In this document: piece by piece, positions 48,673 to 58,925 of the stretch | Position numbering within the stretch: the stretch's first letter is position 1 | Layout of the letters: every line of letters starts with the position of its first letter | Source of the DNA: Spirochaetota bacterium | Lineage (GTDB): Bacteria; Spirochaetota; UBA4802; UBA5550 | Length of the DNA: 64,000 nucleotides | NCBI GenBank assembly: GCA_963664815.2 | Contig: CAXXHB010000003.1 | Span: 2,752,001-2,816,000 of the forward strand | Direction: 5' to 3' | The notes under the pieces: model-generated | What the model was told of the DNA's origin: nothing | What the model saw: only the letters and a program-made list of their open reading frames with translations | The model's database searches: none | Made by a program: the position numbers and the translations under genes

Positions 48673-49914
48673 ATGAATCCTGTAAACAGCAACGATATCC
48701 CCCAGGATGGGGTAATAGATATCCGGCGCCTGAAGCCCGGCTATCGCTTCAGCCTTGATGTTTTCGACAAGGACAACAACCTTATACTCGAAGCACATAC
48801 TCCGCTTTCCGAAGGTGTATTGAATCATCTCATAACATCCGGCATCGATCACCTCTATTTTGATCCGACAAAGGTCGCCGATAAGGAAAGCGGCCCTGTC
48901 AGGAAAAGTATACTCTCTGAAGAGCTGAAAAATGAAGCCTATGAACACACAAAGAACCTTTTTGAAGAGATGAGGGAAACCTTTACGAAATCCCCCGGTG
49001 AAAGCATCTCAAGGGGGATGGTCGACAGATCGCGCTCATTAGTCGACAGGATTATCAGCGACACAGAGAAGAACGATGACGGAGTGTTTGATGTTGTAAC
49101 CAGGCTTAAGGATATGGATGACTTTTATTATCAGCATTCAATGAATGTAGCTATTATAGCATCAATACTCGGCTCCCGCCTCGATTTCAAGCCTGAAATG
49201 AAATCCGCCATGGGTGTCGGGGGGCTCTTCCATGATATAGGTTTTTCCTCTGTTTCAAAGGATATTCTGCATAAAGCACAGCTGAATGACGATGAGTTTG
49301 ATATCATGAAAAGCCATACGCATGTGGGATACAAGTTTGTTGAAAAAAATCAACGTCTGCACGATATTGAAAAAAGAATACTTCTTCTCCACCATGAACG
49401 GGCTGACGGCGAGGGTTACCCCTACGGATTTGACCTGGATCACTACCAGAATACCGTACCAAGAGAGGTAAGGCTGCTCGGGCTTATTGATACATTTATC
49501 ATACTTACAATGCCCAAACCGGGAGAAACAGCGATGAACCCCAGGGAAGCAATGCGTTTCATGGTAAATATGATTTTTACCCCCTATAAAACATCTTACG
49601 CATTTCTACCTGCCGATGTCAGGGATTTTATGCGGGCTCTCGGCTTTATAATCAATAAAGGGGAGACGTTCATGATACCCGGAGATCTTGTAAGAGTCAA
49701 CACCGGGGAGATCGGAATTGTTGAAGAGATGAACCGCCTCTACCCGCTTAATCCGAAAGTACGGATACTTAAAAACAATAAAATGGAAACATTAAAAAGG
49801 CCTATTACAATTGATCTGCTCAAATCGTATAAGAATTATGTTTCCAATATATATGACCGCAACTCATCCGGTAAGTTTTCAGTTAACAACCAGAACACTG
49901 TAAACAGAACATGA
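48673..49914 (+). CDS. HD-GYP domain protein
   Basis: HSMNVA...FHDIG...HHERADGEGYP. Confidence 0.88.
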   Translation: MNPVNSNDIPQDGVIDIRRLKPGYRFSLDVFDKDNNLILEAHTPLSEGVLNHLITSGIDHLYFDPTKVADKESGPVRKSILSEELKNEAYEHTKNLFEEMRETFTKSPGESISRGMVDRSRSLVDRIISDTEKNDDGVFDVVTRLKDMDDFYYQHSMNVAIIASILGSRLDFKPEMKSAMGVGGLFHDIGFSSVSKDILHKAQLNDDEFDIMKSHTHVGYKFVEKNQRLHDIEKRILLLHHERADGEGYPYGFDLDHYQNTVPREVRLLGLIDTFIILTMPKPGETAMNPREAMRFMVNMIFTPYKTSYAFLPADVRDFMRALGFIINKGETFMIPGDLVRVNTGEIGIVEEMNRLYPLNPKVRILKNNKMETLKRPITIDLLKSYKNYVSNIYDRNSSGKFSVNNQNTVNRT

Positions 49915-50061
49915 TTACCAAAGTCCTTATCAGAGTTGTTTCCAGACCTGAGTTTGTGTCCTTTAAAAAGTCATAACAGGGTTTTTTAAGGGACTCCACA
50001 TATTATACCCCGTAAAAATTTGTTCAATGAAACTGTTCTATTATTATAACATGGAGATAAG

Positions 50062-52854
50062 GTGATGAGTCAGGAGAATATAAGTGAAATAAGATCCCGT
50101 ATCATTGAGATGAAAAAACGTTTCACTGCCTACAACAACTCTAAAATAAACTCTCTTCACTCCTCACTCGGATCTCCTGAACTTATAAATTTCCTTAACT
50201 ATATCCCTTTTCTTTTCACTGTAAACCTGCCGGAGTTCCCCGGTTACCTGCAGGAACTTTCTGCACCGCATGGAGTTGACAATTTTCAGATCTCACCCAG
50301 ACTGATGGCTCAGCTTAAAACCAGCAACCCCTCTTTCTCCGTGCAGAAAACCCCTCAGGATGAACCGCTGATCCGGCTTGTGGCTATTATCGGAAGCGCC
50401 GGAACTATAGCTTTTACACCGGATTCAGATCTCGATTTCTGGATTTGCGGAAAATTCAACCTTCTCGATGCAGAGTCGATGAAACTGCTGCGCCGCAAAT
50501 GCGGTCTAATCGAAAAGTGGGCAATGGATACCTACAAGAAAGAGATTCACTTTTACCTTAACGATACCGACCATATTAAACTGAATATGTTTGACGAAGA
50601 CGAAGAGTACGGGCTTTCAGGGACATCGCTCGGGCAGATGCTGAAAGAGGAGTTCTACAGAAGTTCAATAATAATAAATGACATTGTCCCGTTCTGGTGG
50701 GTGGTTCCGGCAGACTGCAGCGACGGGGACTATAACCTGTGGCTCTCTTCAATCAGTGAAACAGATCTTGAGCGGCAGTTCATTGATCTCGGGAACATTG
50801 CGGATGTCAACAAGGGGGACTTTCTGATCGCTGCGCTTTTCCAGATTATAAAATCCCTGGGTAACCCCTTCAAATCAATCATAAAACTTGGTCTCCTTGA
50901 ACGCTACATTCATGATGACAACAAAAATCCCTTTATAAGCAACCTGATCAAAAAAAATGTTCATGAGGGTAAAACGGACAGGTACAGTGTTGACGCCTAT
51001 TGCCTTATGTTTGACGAGGTTTATGAATATTATCACCGTCTTGTGGATGACATGACAGCACTCAATATTATAAAGACATGCTTTTATCTTAAAGTCAACC
51101 CTCACCTTTCACGAACCGAAAAAAACCCCACAGATGAAGATTCCCGCCAGATAATGACCACATACTCAAAGAAATGGGGCTGGGATGCCGATACTATAAA
51201 GCATGTTGATAATTTCGAAAACTGGGATATTGAATCAACCAACAGAATGATGAACAATACCAAGCGGGTTATCCTCAAGGGATATAAAGATATCATATCC
51301 GTACTCGGTTCTGAGGTCGATGAAGATTCAATCGACAGGGAATCCCTGCTTGCAATCAACAGAAAAATATATTCACACTTTAATCCGGAAGACAGTAAAA
51401 TCGACAATACACTTAATTTCAAAAAGTATCCCCCGGAGAAACTTCTCTCTCTCAATTATGTGCGCGATGTCAAAGGTAACGAATCGTGGTATCTTAATAA
51501 GCGCGTTATAATAAATGAAAAAGCGGTTAAAGTTCTCATAAGAAAAAGCCCGTATCTTATTTCGCTCCTGGCATGGATAAGCCTTAACGGTCTTTACCAG
51601 AAAGATTATTCAAGGCTTGAAATTGAACAGGGTTTCTATCATATGGATACAAACTACATAAGGGACCTTATATCAGAACTTTCATCCGAATTCTCAATTA
51701 AAAGCCTCAATCTTCAGAACAGTTTCTTTCTCCGTGATTCATTCCCGGTGATGAGCTATGTAATAATTAATCCCTTTCTGAAGTATTCAAAAAAAGTCGA
51801 TGAATTCTTTTTTCTCTATCATAACAGCTGGGGAGAAACCCGCTTCGAGTCTTTCCGCAACGATAATGACCTCGCGGCTGTTGTGACGCGTATAATAAAC
51901 GGCGCGCTAATTACAGGGATGCACGATTCAAGCGCCCTGCATATTACCGCCTCTGAACCTTACAGTAATTCACGGGAATTTATTAAACTTAAATCCACCC
52001 TCAGAAAGATACTTCAGTTCTTTACTGAAAATAAAACCCCTGTAAAACAGCGGTTCATCACAATGATCGCCAACAGATATACCATATTCTCCAACACAGT
52101 GAGACGCGACGGAAATTCATCCGTATCATTTTCACAGTACAGTTCAGAATACCAGATGCTCTATACAATCTCATATAACCGCGGCGTGGAGAACCGGAAC
52201 CGTGTTGATGACAATATAGCCGGTCTTGAGTATCTTTCAAAAATTATGGAGTATGACTCTGATGATTCGGTGAAGATCTTTATTAACGAGGGGCGCAGGT
52301 ACTCCCGTTTTATTGTATTGAACGAGCGTGGTTCGCTGATGATGTTCAGGAAAAAGAGCGAATTCCACAATCAATACCTCGCAGGGCTCATTTCATTCGC
52401 TGAAAGCACAATAAGTCATATTATTCTCTCAAATCCCGGTTCAAACCTTGCACAAAACGGCGGTCTTATTAAAACTTATGTATTCGAAACAGACAACACC
52501 GGCCGGACCGAATTTACAGAATTCGAATACAGGAATCATGTAATTATCAACCAGTTCCGTGAAAAGCTGTTCCCTTCGTGTCTGTCGCTGCATCTCCTTG
52601 ACAGCGGTGAAGTCGGATATCGATTCACTCTTCCGGACGGGGGATTTTCGGAAATATTCAGCCGGAAGGATATAGAGAGTGTCAGCCGCGAAATATCATC
52701 CCTGATGGACAGCGTTGAGGGATACAGCTTTTTCCCGTCAACCGTAAACCTTGAAAACTCCGAGATCAGAATGTACAGCCAATACACATCCTTTGCTTTT
52801 TCTGAAAAAAACAGGTTTGAACTTCTTATAGAAAAGAACCTCGGATTGATATAA
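50062..52854 (+). CDS. cyaA: Class I adenylate cyclase
   Basis: GSAGTIA...SDLDFWI, LKEEFYRS, PFWWVVP, PFKSIIKLGLLE.Y, NSWGE. Confidence 0.82.
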   Translation: MMSQENISEIRSRIIEMKKRFTAYNNSKINSLHSSLGSPELINFLNYIPFLFTVNLPEFPGYLQELSAPHGVDNFQISPRLMAQLKTSNPSFSVQKTPQDEPLIRLVAIIGSAGTIAFTPDSDLDFWICGKFNLLDAESMKLLRRKCGLIEKWAMDTYKKEIHFYLNDTDHIKLNMFDEDEEYGLSGTSLGQMLKEEFYRSSIIINDIVPFWWVVPADCSDGDYNLWLSSISETDLERQFIDLGNIADVNKGDFLIAALFQIIKSLGNPFKSIIKLGLLERYIHDDNKNPFISNLIKKNVHEGKTDRYSVDAYCLMFDEVYEYYHRLVDDMTALNIIKTCFYLKVNPHLSRTEKNPTDEDSRQIMTTYSKKWGWDADTIKHVDNFENWDIESTNRMMNNTKRVILKGYKDIISVLGSEVDEDSIDRESLLAINRKIYSHFNPEDSKIDNTLNFKKYPPEKLLSLNYVRDVKGNESWYLNKRVIINEKAVKVLIRKSPYLISLLAWISLNGLYQKDYSRLEIEQGFYHMDTNYIRDLISELSSEFSIKSLNLQNSFFLRDSFPVMSYVIINPFLKYSKKVDEFFFLYHNSWGETRFESFRNDNDLAAVVTRIINGALITGMHDSSALHITASEPYSNSREFIKLKSTLRKILQFFTENKTPVKQRFITMIANRYTIFSNTVRRDGNSSVSFSQYSSEYQMLYTISYNRGVENRNRVDDNIAGLEYLSKIMEYDSDDSVKIFINEGRRYSRFIVLNERGSLMMFRKKSEFHNQYLAGLISFAESTISHIILSNPGSNLAQNGGLIKTYVFETDNTGRTEFTEFEYRNHVIINQFREKLFPSCLSLHLLDSGEVGYRFTLPDGGFSEIFSRKDIESVSREISSLMDSVEGYSFFPSTVNLENSEIRMYSQYTSFAFSEKNRFELLIEKNLGLI

Positions 52855-52894
52855 GCCATATCATTCCGCATATTCTTTAAGCTCTGTTCAGCTG

Positions 52895-53377
52895 TTATTC
52901 CTCATCAACGAATATGAGTGTTGTTCCGTTATCGTCTTCGATCTCTATCTGGTTTATTTTTTTTGCGGCATCTTTCTGAACATCAGTATTAATCACCTCA
53001 TTTCTTACCGCATTTTTACGGATTTTATCAGGTTTATGCAGCGGAAAATATTTATGGTAAAAATCTTCACTGCTCATTATGGTAAACAGTTTGTCAAAAG
53101 TCCCCATCCTGAAAATCTGGTGTATATTTTCATTCATATTAATAAGTACAAAATCTTTTCCGTTTTCAGTAAAAGACCGCGACATCTTAATAATGCGGCT
53201 TATTCCGAATGAATCAAGCGACGGCATGTTTAATAAATCCAGGGCAATCACCTTAAGAGTGGAGTTCATGTACTTTTTATAGGCATTCTCAAATGTATCA
53301 ACTGTAGTAAAAGAGATATCACCCTCAATACTGATAATGACACCATCCTCTTTTTCCAGAATATCAATTTTCATCAT
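52895..53377 (-). CDS. STAS-domain anti-sigma factor antagonist
   Basis: LDL.NMPSLDSFGI...IFRM. Confidence 0.85.
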   Translation of the reverse strand: MMKIDILEKEDGVIISIEGDISFTTVDTFENAYKKYMNSTLKVIALDLLNMPSLDSFGISRIIKMSRSFTENGKDFVLINMNENIHQIFRMGTFDKLFTIMSSEDFYHKYFPLHKPDKIRKNAVRNEVINTDVQKDAAKKINQIEIEDDNGTTLIFVDEE

Positions 53378-53727
53378 AAAACTTAACCCTCTTCTTAAAC
53401 CGAAATTAACACTAATATAAAATTTTTATTTATGCAACAATTTATTTAAAGCTCATTTAAAAAATGTGAGAAAAAATTTTTAAGCTCAGATAAATATTCA
53501 TGTATAGATCATTACAGTATGTTTTGTTAATATAATTTTAACGATATCTCCAGTTACAAATATCCGCACTGAAACATGGGACAAACACAGACATCATTGA
53601 CATCATTGACATCAAAGTATTAGCCCGGTCATGCTGAAATTATTCTGCAAATAAACATTTCAAAGTGCGATATTTATAATACAGCAGACTCAGCGTCAAC
53701 CAGTATTTGTATAATATTACATCCCGG

Positions 53728-54849
53728 TTAAACAGCTATCCCGGCAAGAGCCATCTCCACTTCGCCTTTAACCATATCAGAATCATCACTGACAGACTGC
53801 AGTACTGTTTCTGCATCTGTGCCCCCCAGTTTCCCGAGACTCCATGCAGCCATGCTTCTGACCCGTTCATCCTCCTCTTCTCTTAATGCCCGCGCCAGAT
53901 GCGGGATATACTCTCTGTTAAGAGAATTACCCATTGCCCTGGCTGTATTCATTTTCCATTTCCACAGAAACTCATATGACATATAGAACATTTTAGGCCA
54001 GATCAGCTTTTCGAAATAGTCCCTGTCCATGCTCAGCAGTTTTTCAGGAGAAAATGTTTCAGACATATCGATTAAATCTTCATCAACCGGCATCCGCACG
54101 GCAAGACGCGGCTGATTCCTGGGACATACGTTCTGACACCTGTCACAGCCATAGATATACATCCCCATAGGTTCGCGGAGTTCGGGGGGAGTCAACTCTC
54201 CGCCGTGATAGGTCAGGTAGGAGATACATCTCTGTGAATCTATCCTGCCGTTCCCTGCAAGAGCTTTTGTAGGACATGCAGCAATACAGGCATTTCTGCA
54301 CCACGAAGGACAATCTGTCTTTATGCTCGGAGTATCAGGATCAAACTCTGCATCAATAAGGATTACAACAGGAAAAACAAACGAGCTTCCGGATGCACCC
54401 CTTGACGCATACAGCAGGCAGTTTTTACCGAACGTACCGATACCTGCACGTGCTGCAGCCAGTTTATCCGGCATGCTTGCAGATTGTTTTGAGTTTATAC
54501 CGTTTTCTTTTAAATAATTCCTGAATTCCTTTATTTTCAGTGAAAGCCCGTCTTTTGTCATCCTGTCATCATTAAGATAGCATCTCCCGAAATTACCCGT
54601 TAATGAAACCGGTATGGTTTTCCGGAAATAATTATGCAGAAGAACAATAATGCTTCTACTACCCTCCATTACGGACGAGGGATACACCCCTTTCATAAGA
54701 GAGAGTCCCGTTCTCTCAGTCCACCCGTAATGCGCATCCGGATTATTAAGAAATTCCAGCTGCGAGATAAAAGGTTCCACACCGGTAAATCCGATATCTT
54801 CAAAACCAAGCTCTCCGGCCTTGTCTTTTATATTCTTTTTTGTAATCAT
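53728..54849 (-). CDS. queG: Epoxyqueuosine reductase (QueG)-like Fe-S protein
   Basis: AARAGIG.FGKN, C..ACPT.A, RCISYLT, YGCDRCQNVCP, C-terminal HEAT repeat; ATG 54849 preferred. Confidence 0.75.
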   Translation of the reverse strand: MITKKNIKDKAGELGFEDIGFTGVEPFISQLEFLNNPDAHYGWTERTGLSLMKGVYPSSVMEGSRSIIVLLHNYFRKTIPVSLTGNFGRCYLNDDRMTKDGLSLKIKEFRNYLKENGINSKQSASMPDKLAAARAGIGTFGKNCLLYASRGASGSSFVFPVVILIDAEFDPDTPSIKTDCPSWCRNACIAACPTKALAGNGRIDSQRCISYLTYHGGELTPPELREPMGMYIYGCDRCQNVCPRNQPRLAVRMPVDEDLIDMSETFSPEKLLSMDRDYFEKLIWPKMFYMSYEFLWKWKMNTARAMGNSLNREYIPHLARALREEEDERVRSMAAWSLGKLGGTDAETVLQSVSDDSDMVKGEVEMALAGIAV

Positions 54850-55387
54850 ATTCCGCTCCTTTCTGCATTGCCATAGTCCCTGACGTTTAAAGCATGTAAT
54901 AACCGGTCGGGAGATCCATTTTAATCCGGAAAGAATAAAAAAGCCAGCTGCATTTAAAAAATACCTCCGGTTACGATACATGCATATGTTGTCAATTTAT
55001 TCAATATGAAGACAATATATTTAAAAAAAATCATTCTTAATGTGGAAAGTGCTCATGATACTGATTATCTCTATATTAAATCCGGATAAACAATTCACTA
55101 TTAAATTGTTTATTAATTACACAGCTTTTACGCGGCATTGGAGGTTATTGAAGATTATTGGAGGTTATTGAGGAAATTGAAGAAATTGAAGAAAAAAGCT
55201 CTATGGAATTTAATTATATAGGATAAAAAGGTTTATTTTTATATATTTTAATTAATTTTAATTGATTAAAAATATATAATATATTTATTATACCTTATAA
55301 AATTATGATATTCGTAGAAAATACAAAGCCAGGGATATCTATTAAAAGAGTTAACAAGTGTTAATAATTAATTTTTGGAGGTTTTCA

Positions 55388-56659
55388 ATGAAAAAAGTTT
55401 CAATATTATTATCTTTGTTTATATTTACAGCATTTATTTTTATATCAGGTGCTGCAATATCACAGGAAAAGGCAGTAACAGAGGAAAATGGTGCAGCCAC
55501 TACAGATAATAAAGCTGCTGCAACTACAGATGATAAAGCAGCTGCGGTTAAAGATGAAAAAGCTGCCACGACTACAGATGATAAGGCTGCTGCAACTAAA
55601 GATGAAAAGGCTGCTGCAACTAAAGACGATAAAGCTGCCGCCACTAAAGATGATAAAGCTGCAGCAACTGCTGATAATCAGAATACAGCAGAACATCTCA
55701 CAAAAGAAGATACAGCTGCAGAACATGCTGAAAAGGTTTATGAGAAAGAGGATGTTCAGCTGCTAAAAGGTCAGCCAAAAACTTTTACAGATGGTTTCAA
55801 CACATATGTGAATGACAAAGTACGTTTTGAACTCTTCAACCTTGACAATGTTATGAAAGATCAGGTATTTTACAAAGTTGACGGGAAAGAAGAACAGAAA
55901 TACACGGAACCCTTCACCTTAAGTGATGAAGGAAATCATGTAATTTACTATTACAGCGTAGATAAAATGGGGAACAAGGAGTCCATGAAAAGCATTAATG
56001 TAATACTTGATAAAACTCCCCCTGAAACACTTGTAACAATAACAGCGCCCTTTGCAAAAAACAATGGGAATATCTATGCAGCTGAAACCTTCACCTACAA
56101 TTACATAATATCTTCAAAAGATAATATTGCCGGTGTAGCCGGGGTTACATATGCAGTAAAAGGTGAAGAACATAAGCAGTATGTTAAACCTTTTAACCTT
56201 AACTCAATTGCGCCGGTTGTACTGGAAGTTACTTCAGAAGATAAAGTCGGAAATATTACAAAAAAATATTCCACCAAAGTCGTTGATGAAAACGGTGCAA
56301 CTTTAACTGAAAGCATTGAAGATGTCAAGATAACCGTGGATAAAACAGCTCCTGTTGTTGAAATAAAAGCTGACAAACCTTTTTTCATGAAAGAAAAACT
56401 GAATGTTGCTTCAAAAGACTTTAAATACACTGTTACAGCTACTGATACTGAATCCGGATTAAAGGCAATTTACTATAGAATTGATAACAGCAGTGATTTT
56501 ATTCTATATACCGGAGAACTTCAGTTTAATACAAACGGTATGCATAAGATCGAAGCAATAGCCAGAGATGGTGTTGGTAACACAAGCAAAGCCGTAACAC
56601 TTGATATTTTTGTTGATATAATCCCGGCTGATACTAATATTAAACTTATTACTGAATAA
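55388..56659 (+). CDS. OmpL47-type beta-rich secreted protein with 8-aa repeat linker
   Basis: Signal peptide; (D/E)KAAATxD repeats; YYSVDKMGN, DKTPP/DKTAP motifs; GGAGG RBS. Confidence 0.75.
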   Translation: MKKVSILLSLFIFTAFIFISGAAISQEKAVTEENGAATTDNKAAATTDDKAAAVKDEKAATTTDDKAAATKDEKAAATKDDKAAATKDDKAAATADNQNTAEHLTKEDTAAEHAEKVYEKEDVQLLKGQPKTFTDGFNTYVNDKVRFELFNLDNVMKDQVFYKVDGKEEQKYTEPFTLSDEGNHVIYYYSVDKMGNKESMKSINVILDKTPPETLVTITAPFAKNNGNIYAAETFTYNYIISSKDNIAGVAGVTYAVKGEEHKQYVKPFNLNSIAPVVLEVTSEDKVGNITKKYSTKVVDENGATLTESIEDVKITVDKTAPVVEIKADKPFFMKEKLNVASKDFKYTVTATDTESGLKAIYYRIDNSSDFILYTGELQFNTNGMHKIEAIARDGVGNTSKAVTLDIFVDIIPADTNIKLITE

Positions 56660-56771
56660 TCGATTAAGTCCGGACGGCATGTACAATTACTGCTGTCCGG
56701 ATTTACAGAATAACAACAAAACAGCAGGTTGATTAATCAGCAGGATTAATCCTGTTAACAGGAGGTCATCA

Positions 56772-57350
56772 ATGAAGAAAAAAAATTATATTATACTCAC
56801 ATTCGCAGCAGTGCTGTCGTTGATCTTTGCTTCATGCGAATCAACACAAAAAAAAGAGGAGCCAACCCCGATTGTAAAAGCATATGGTACAGGGACAAAT
56901 TGTATTGAGGGTGACTGCCTTACCGGAAAGGGAAAAGTGAAATTTTCCAACGGCGAAGAATACACAGGAGATTTCAATACAAGCAAAGTAACAGGGTCCG
57001 GTGTTATGGTATGGCCCAACGGCGCGAAATATGAAGGCGCTTATGTCGATAACAAGCGTGACGGGAAAGGAACATATACATACAGCAATGGAGATTCCTT
57101 CTCCGGCGATTTCAAGGACAACAGTAAAACCGGAACCGGCGAATACAAATGGAAAGACGGGGACAGTTATAACGGCGAATGGAAAGATGGTAAACCCAAT
57201 GGTAAGGGTCTCTATAAATGGGCCAATGGAGTAACCTATTCCGGCGAGTGGAAAGACGGTAAACTGAACGGTAAAGGCACAATCACATGGCCAGATACGG
57301 CTAAGGTTTCCGGTATTTTTCAGGATAACAAGCTTATAAGCGAACAATAG
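56772..57350 (+). CDS. MORN-repeat lipoprotein
   Basis: FASC lipobox; Y.G.W.DG...G.G...W repeats. Confidence 0.9.
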   Translation: MKKKNYIILTFAAVLSLIFASCESTQKKEEPTPIVKAYGTGTNCIEGDCLTGKGKVKFSNGEEYTGDFNTSKVTGSGVMVWPNGAKYEGAYVDNKRDGKGTYTYSNGDSFSGDFKDNSKTGTGEYKWKDGDSYNGEWKDGKPNGKGLYKWANGVTYSGEWKDGKLNGKGTITWPDTAKVSGIFQDNKLISEQ

Positions 57351-57377
57351 TTACATTTTGCAATATAAGATGAATTA

Positions 57378-57415
57378 TAAAAAACCCTCATTACACATTA
57401 CATGAGGGTTTTTTA
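57378..57415. terminator. Bidirectional intrinsic terminator
   Basis: AAAAAACCCTCAT...ATGAGGGTTTTTT between convergent genes. Confidence 0.8.
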
Positions 57416-58474
57416 TACCCATTTTTTCTTTTTAAAATAAACAAACATAATTATTACAACTGAAAGCATCAATCCGAGTATATAATAATATCCGTTGTAC
57501 CATTCAGTTTCCGGCATACGCTTAAAATTCATTCCGTAAACACCTGCAATAAATGTCAGCGGAATAAATATTGTCGATATAAGCGTAAGCACCTTCATTA
57601 TTTCATTCATTCTTTTGCTGGTACTCGAAAGGTATATATCAAGAAGCCCGGACATAAAGTCTCTGTATGCATCAATCGTATCAATTACCTCCACGGTATG
57701 ATCATAGGCGTCTCTCAGATTAAAAACAATTGAATCCTGAATAAATTCGTTATCCGGACGAATCATTAAGCCAAGAACATCCCTTAGAGGCCAGACACAT
57801 TTTTTTATCATAAGCGTGTCTCTTTTTAATTCATGAATCTTTAATAATGTTTTATCCCCCGGGAAATTAAGAACCTCATCCTCAATTTTCTCTATTCTCT
57901 CACCGATTTTTTCAAGAACAATAAAATAGTTGTCGGCTATGTAGTCTATAAGAGAATAAACGAGATAATCAGGTCCCATTTTTCTTATTTTCCCCTTTTT
58001 TCTTATCCGGTCACGGAGTGGTTCAAAATCATCACCCTGTTTTTCCTGAAAAGAGAAAACAATTTTTGAATTAAAAACAATACTTACCTGTTCAGTCTCT
58101 ATCTCACCTGTTTTGCTGTTGTTTGTCAGCATCTTAAGGACAATATATATATAGTTATCATAATCTTCAATCTTTGCACGCTGATTTGAATTAACTATAT
58201 CTTCAAGAATAAGCGGATCAATGCCGTAATGAGATCCGATCTGTTCAATCATCTTTACATCATGAATACCGTCAAAATTAATCCATTCTACATCTAAATC
58301 GTTCTTGGTCGTAAAAAGCCTGTCTAAAGTTACATTCCGCTCTTCAGCATAACTTGTTTCATCATAGCAGCATCTTGTTATTACAACATCTGCAGTAATA
58401 TCCCTGCCGATATGAATCAATGTCCCCGGAGGCGCGCCGCTTTTTTTACCTCTTCTGCTTACATGAATTTTCAT
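57413..58474 (-). CDS. corA: Magnesium/cobalt transporter CorA
   Basis: GAPPGTL, MNEIMKVLT, YGMNF, two C-terminal TM helices. Confidence 0.95.
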   Translation of the reverse strand: MKIHVSRRGKKSGAPPGTLIHIGRDITADVVITRCCYDETSYAEERNVTLDRLFTTKNDLDVEWINFDGIHDVKMIEQIGSHYGIDPLILEDIVNSNQRAKIEDYDNYIYIVLKMLTNNSKTGEIETEQVSIVFNSKIVFSFQEKQGDDFEPLRDRIRKKGKIRKMGPDYLVYSLIDYIADNYFIVLEKIGERIEKIEDEVLNFPGDKTLLKIHELKRDTLMIKKCVWPLRDVLGLMIRPDNEFIQDSIVFNLRDAYDHTVEVIDTIDAYRDFMSGLLDIYLSSTSKRMNEIMKVLTLISTIFIPLTFIAGVYGMNFKRMPETEWYNGYYYILGLMLSVVIIMFVYFKKKKWV

Positions 58475-58505
58475 GATTCACCCTCTGAAATAAAAATAAA
58501 CTACA

Positions 58506-58925
58506 CTATTTATGATAGGCAACCCCTTCGCCGCTGGCAATAATTTTATCATCGCTGCCTCTGGCTTCAACTTTCCATACGCTGATCTTCTTCCCGATAT
58601 TCACCGGAGTAGCCTCCGCAAAAATCTTCTCGCCATCAACCGCAGCTGCTATGAAATTAACTGTAAAATTCAGCGAAACGGCAATGTTCCCTGTTGAATT
58701 TGATGCTACAGCGAATGCCTGATCCATTATAGCATATATAATCGCTCCATGTGCTCTCTCAACTGCATTTAAAAATTCAGGTTTTATAGTGACCGAACAT
58801 TTGGCATATCCATTTGTCACTTCTTCGGCTTCAATACCAAGAAAACTTGCCATGGGATCTTTTGCTACAACATCCCTTGCATAACGTACAGGGTCATTTA
58901 TATACTTTTCCATCTGTCTCTCCAT
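58506..58925 (-). CDS. PaaI-family hotdog thioesterase
   Basis: LN...AHGAIIY..MD.AFA. Confidence 0.88.
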   Translation of the reverse strand: MERQMEKYINDPVRYARDVVAKDPMASFLGIEAEEVTNGYAKCSVTIKPEFLNAVERAHGAIIYAIMDQAFAVASNSTGNIAVSLNFTVNFIAAAVDGEKIFAEATPVNIGKKISVWKVEARGSDDKIIASGEGVAYHK

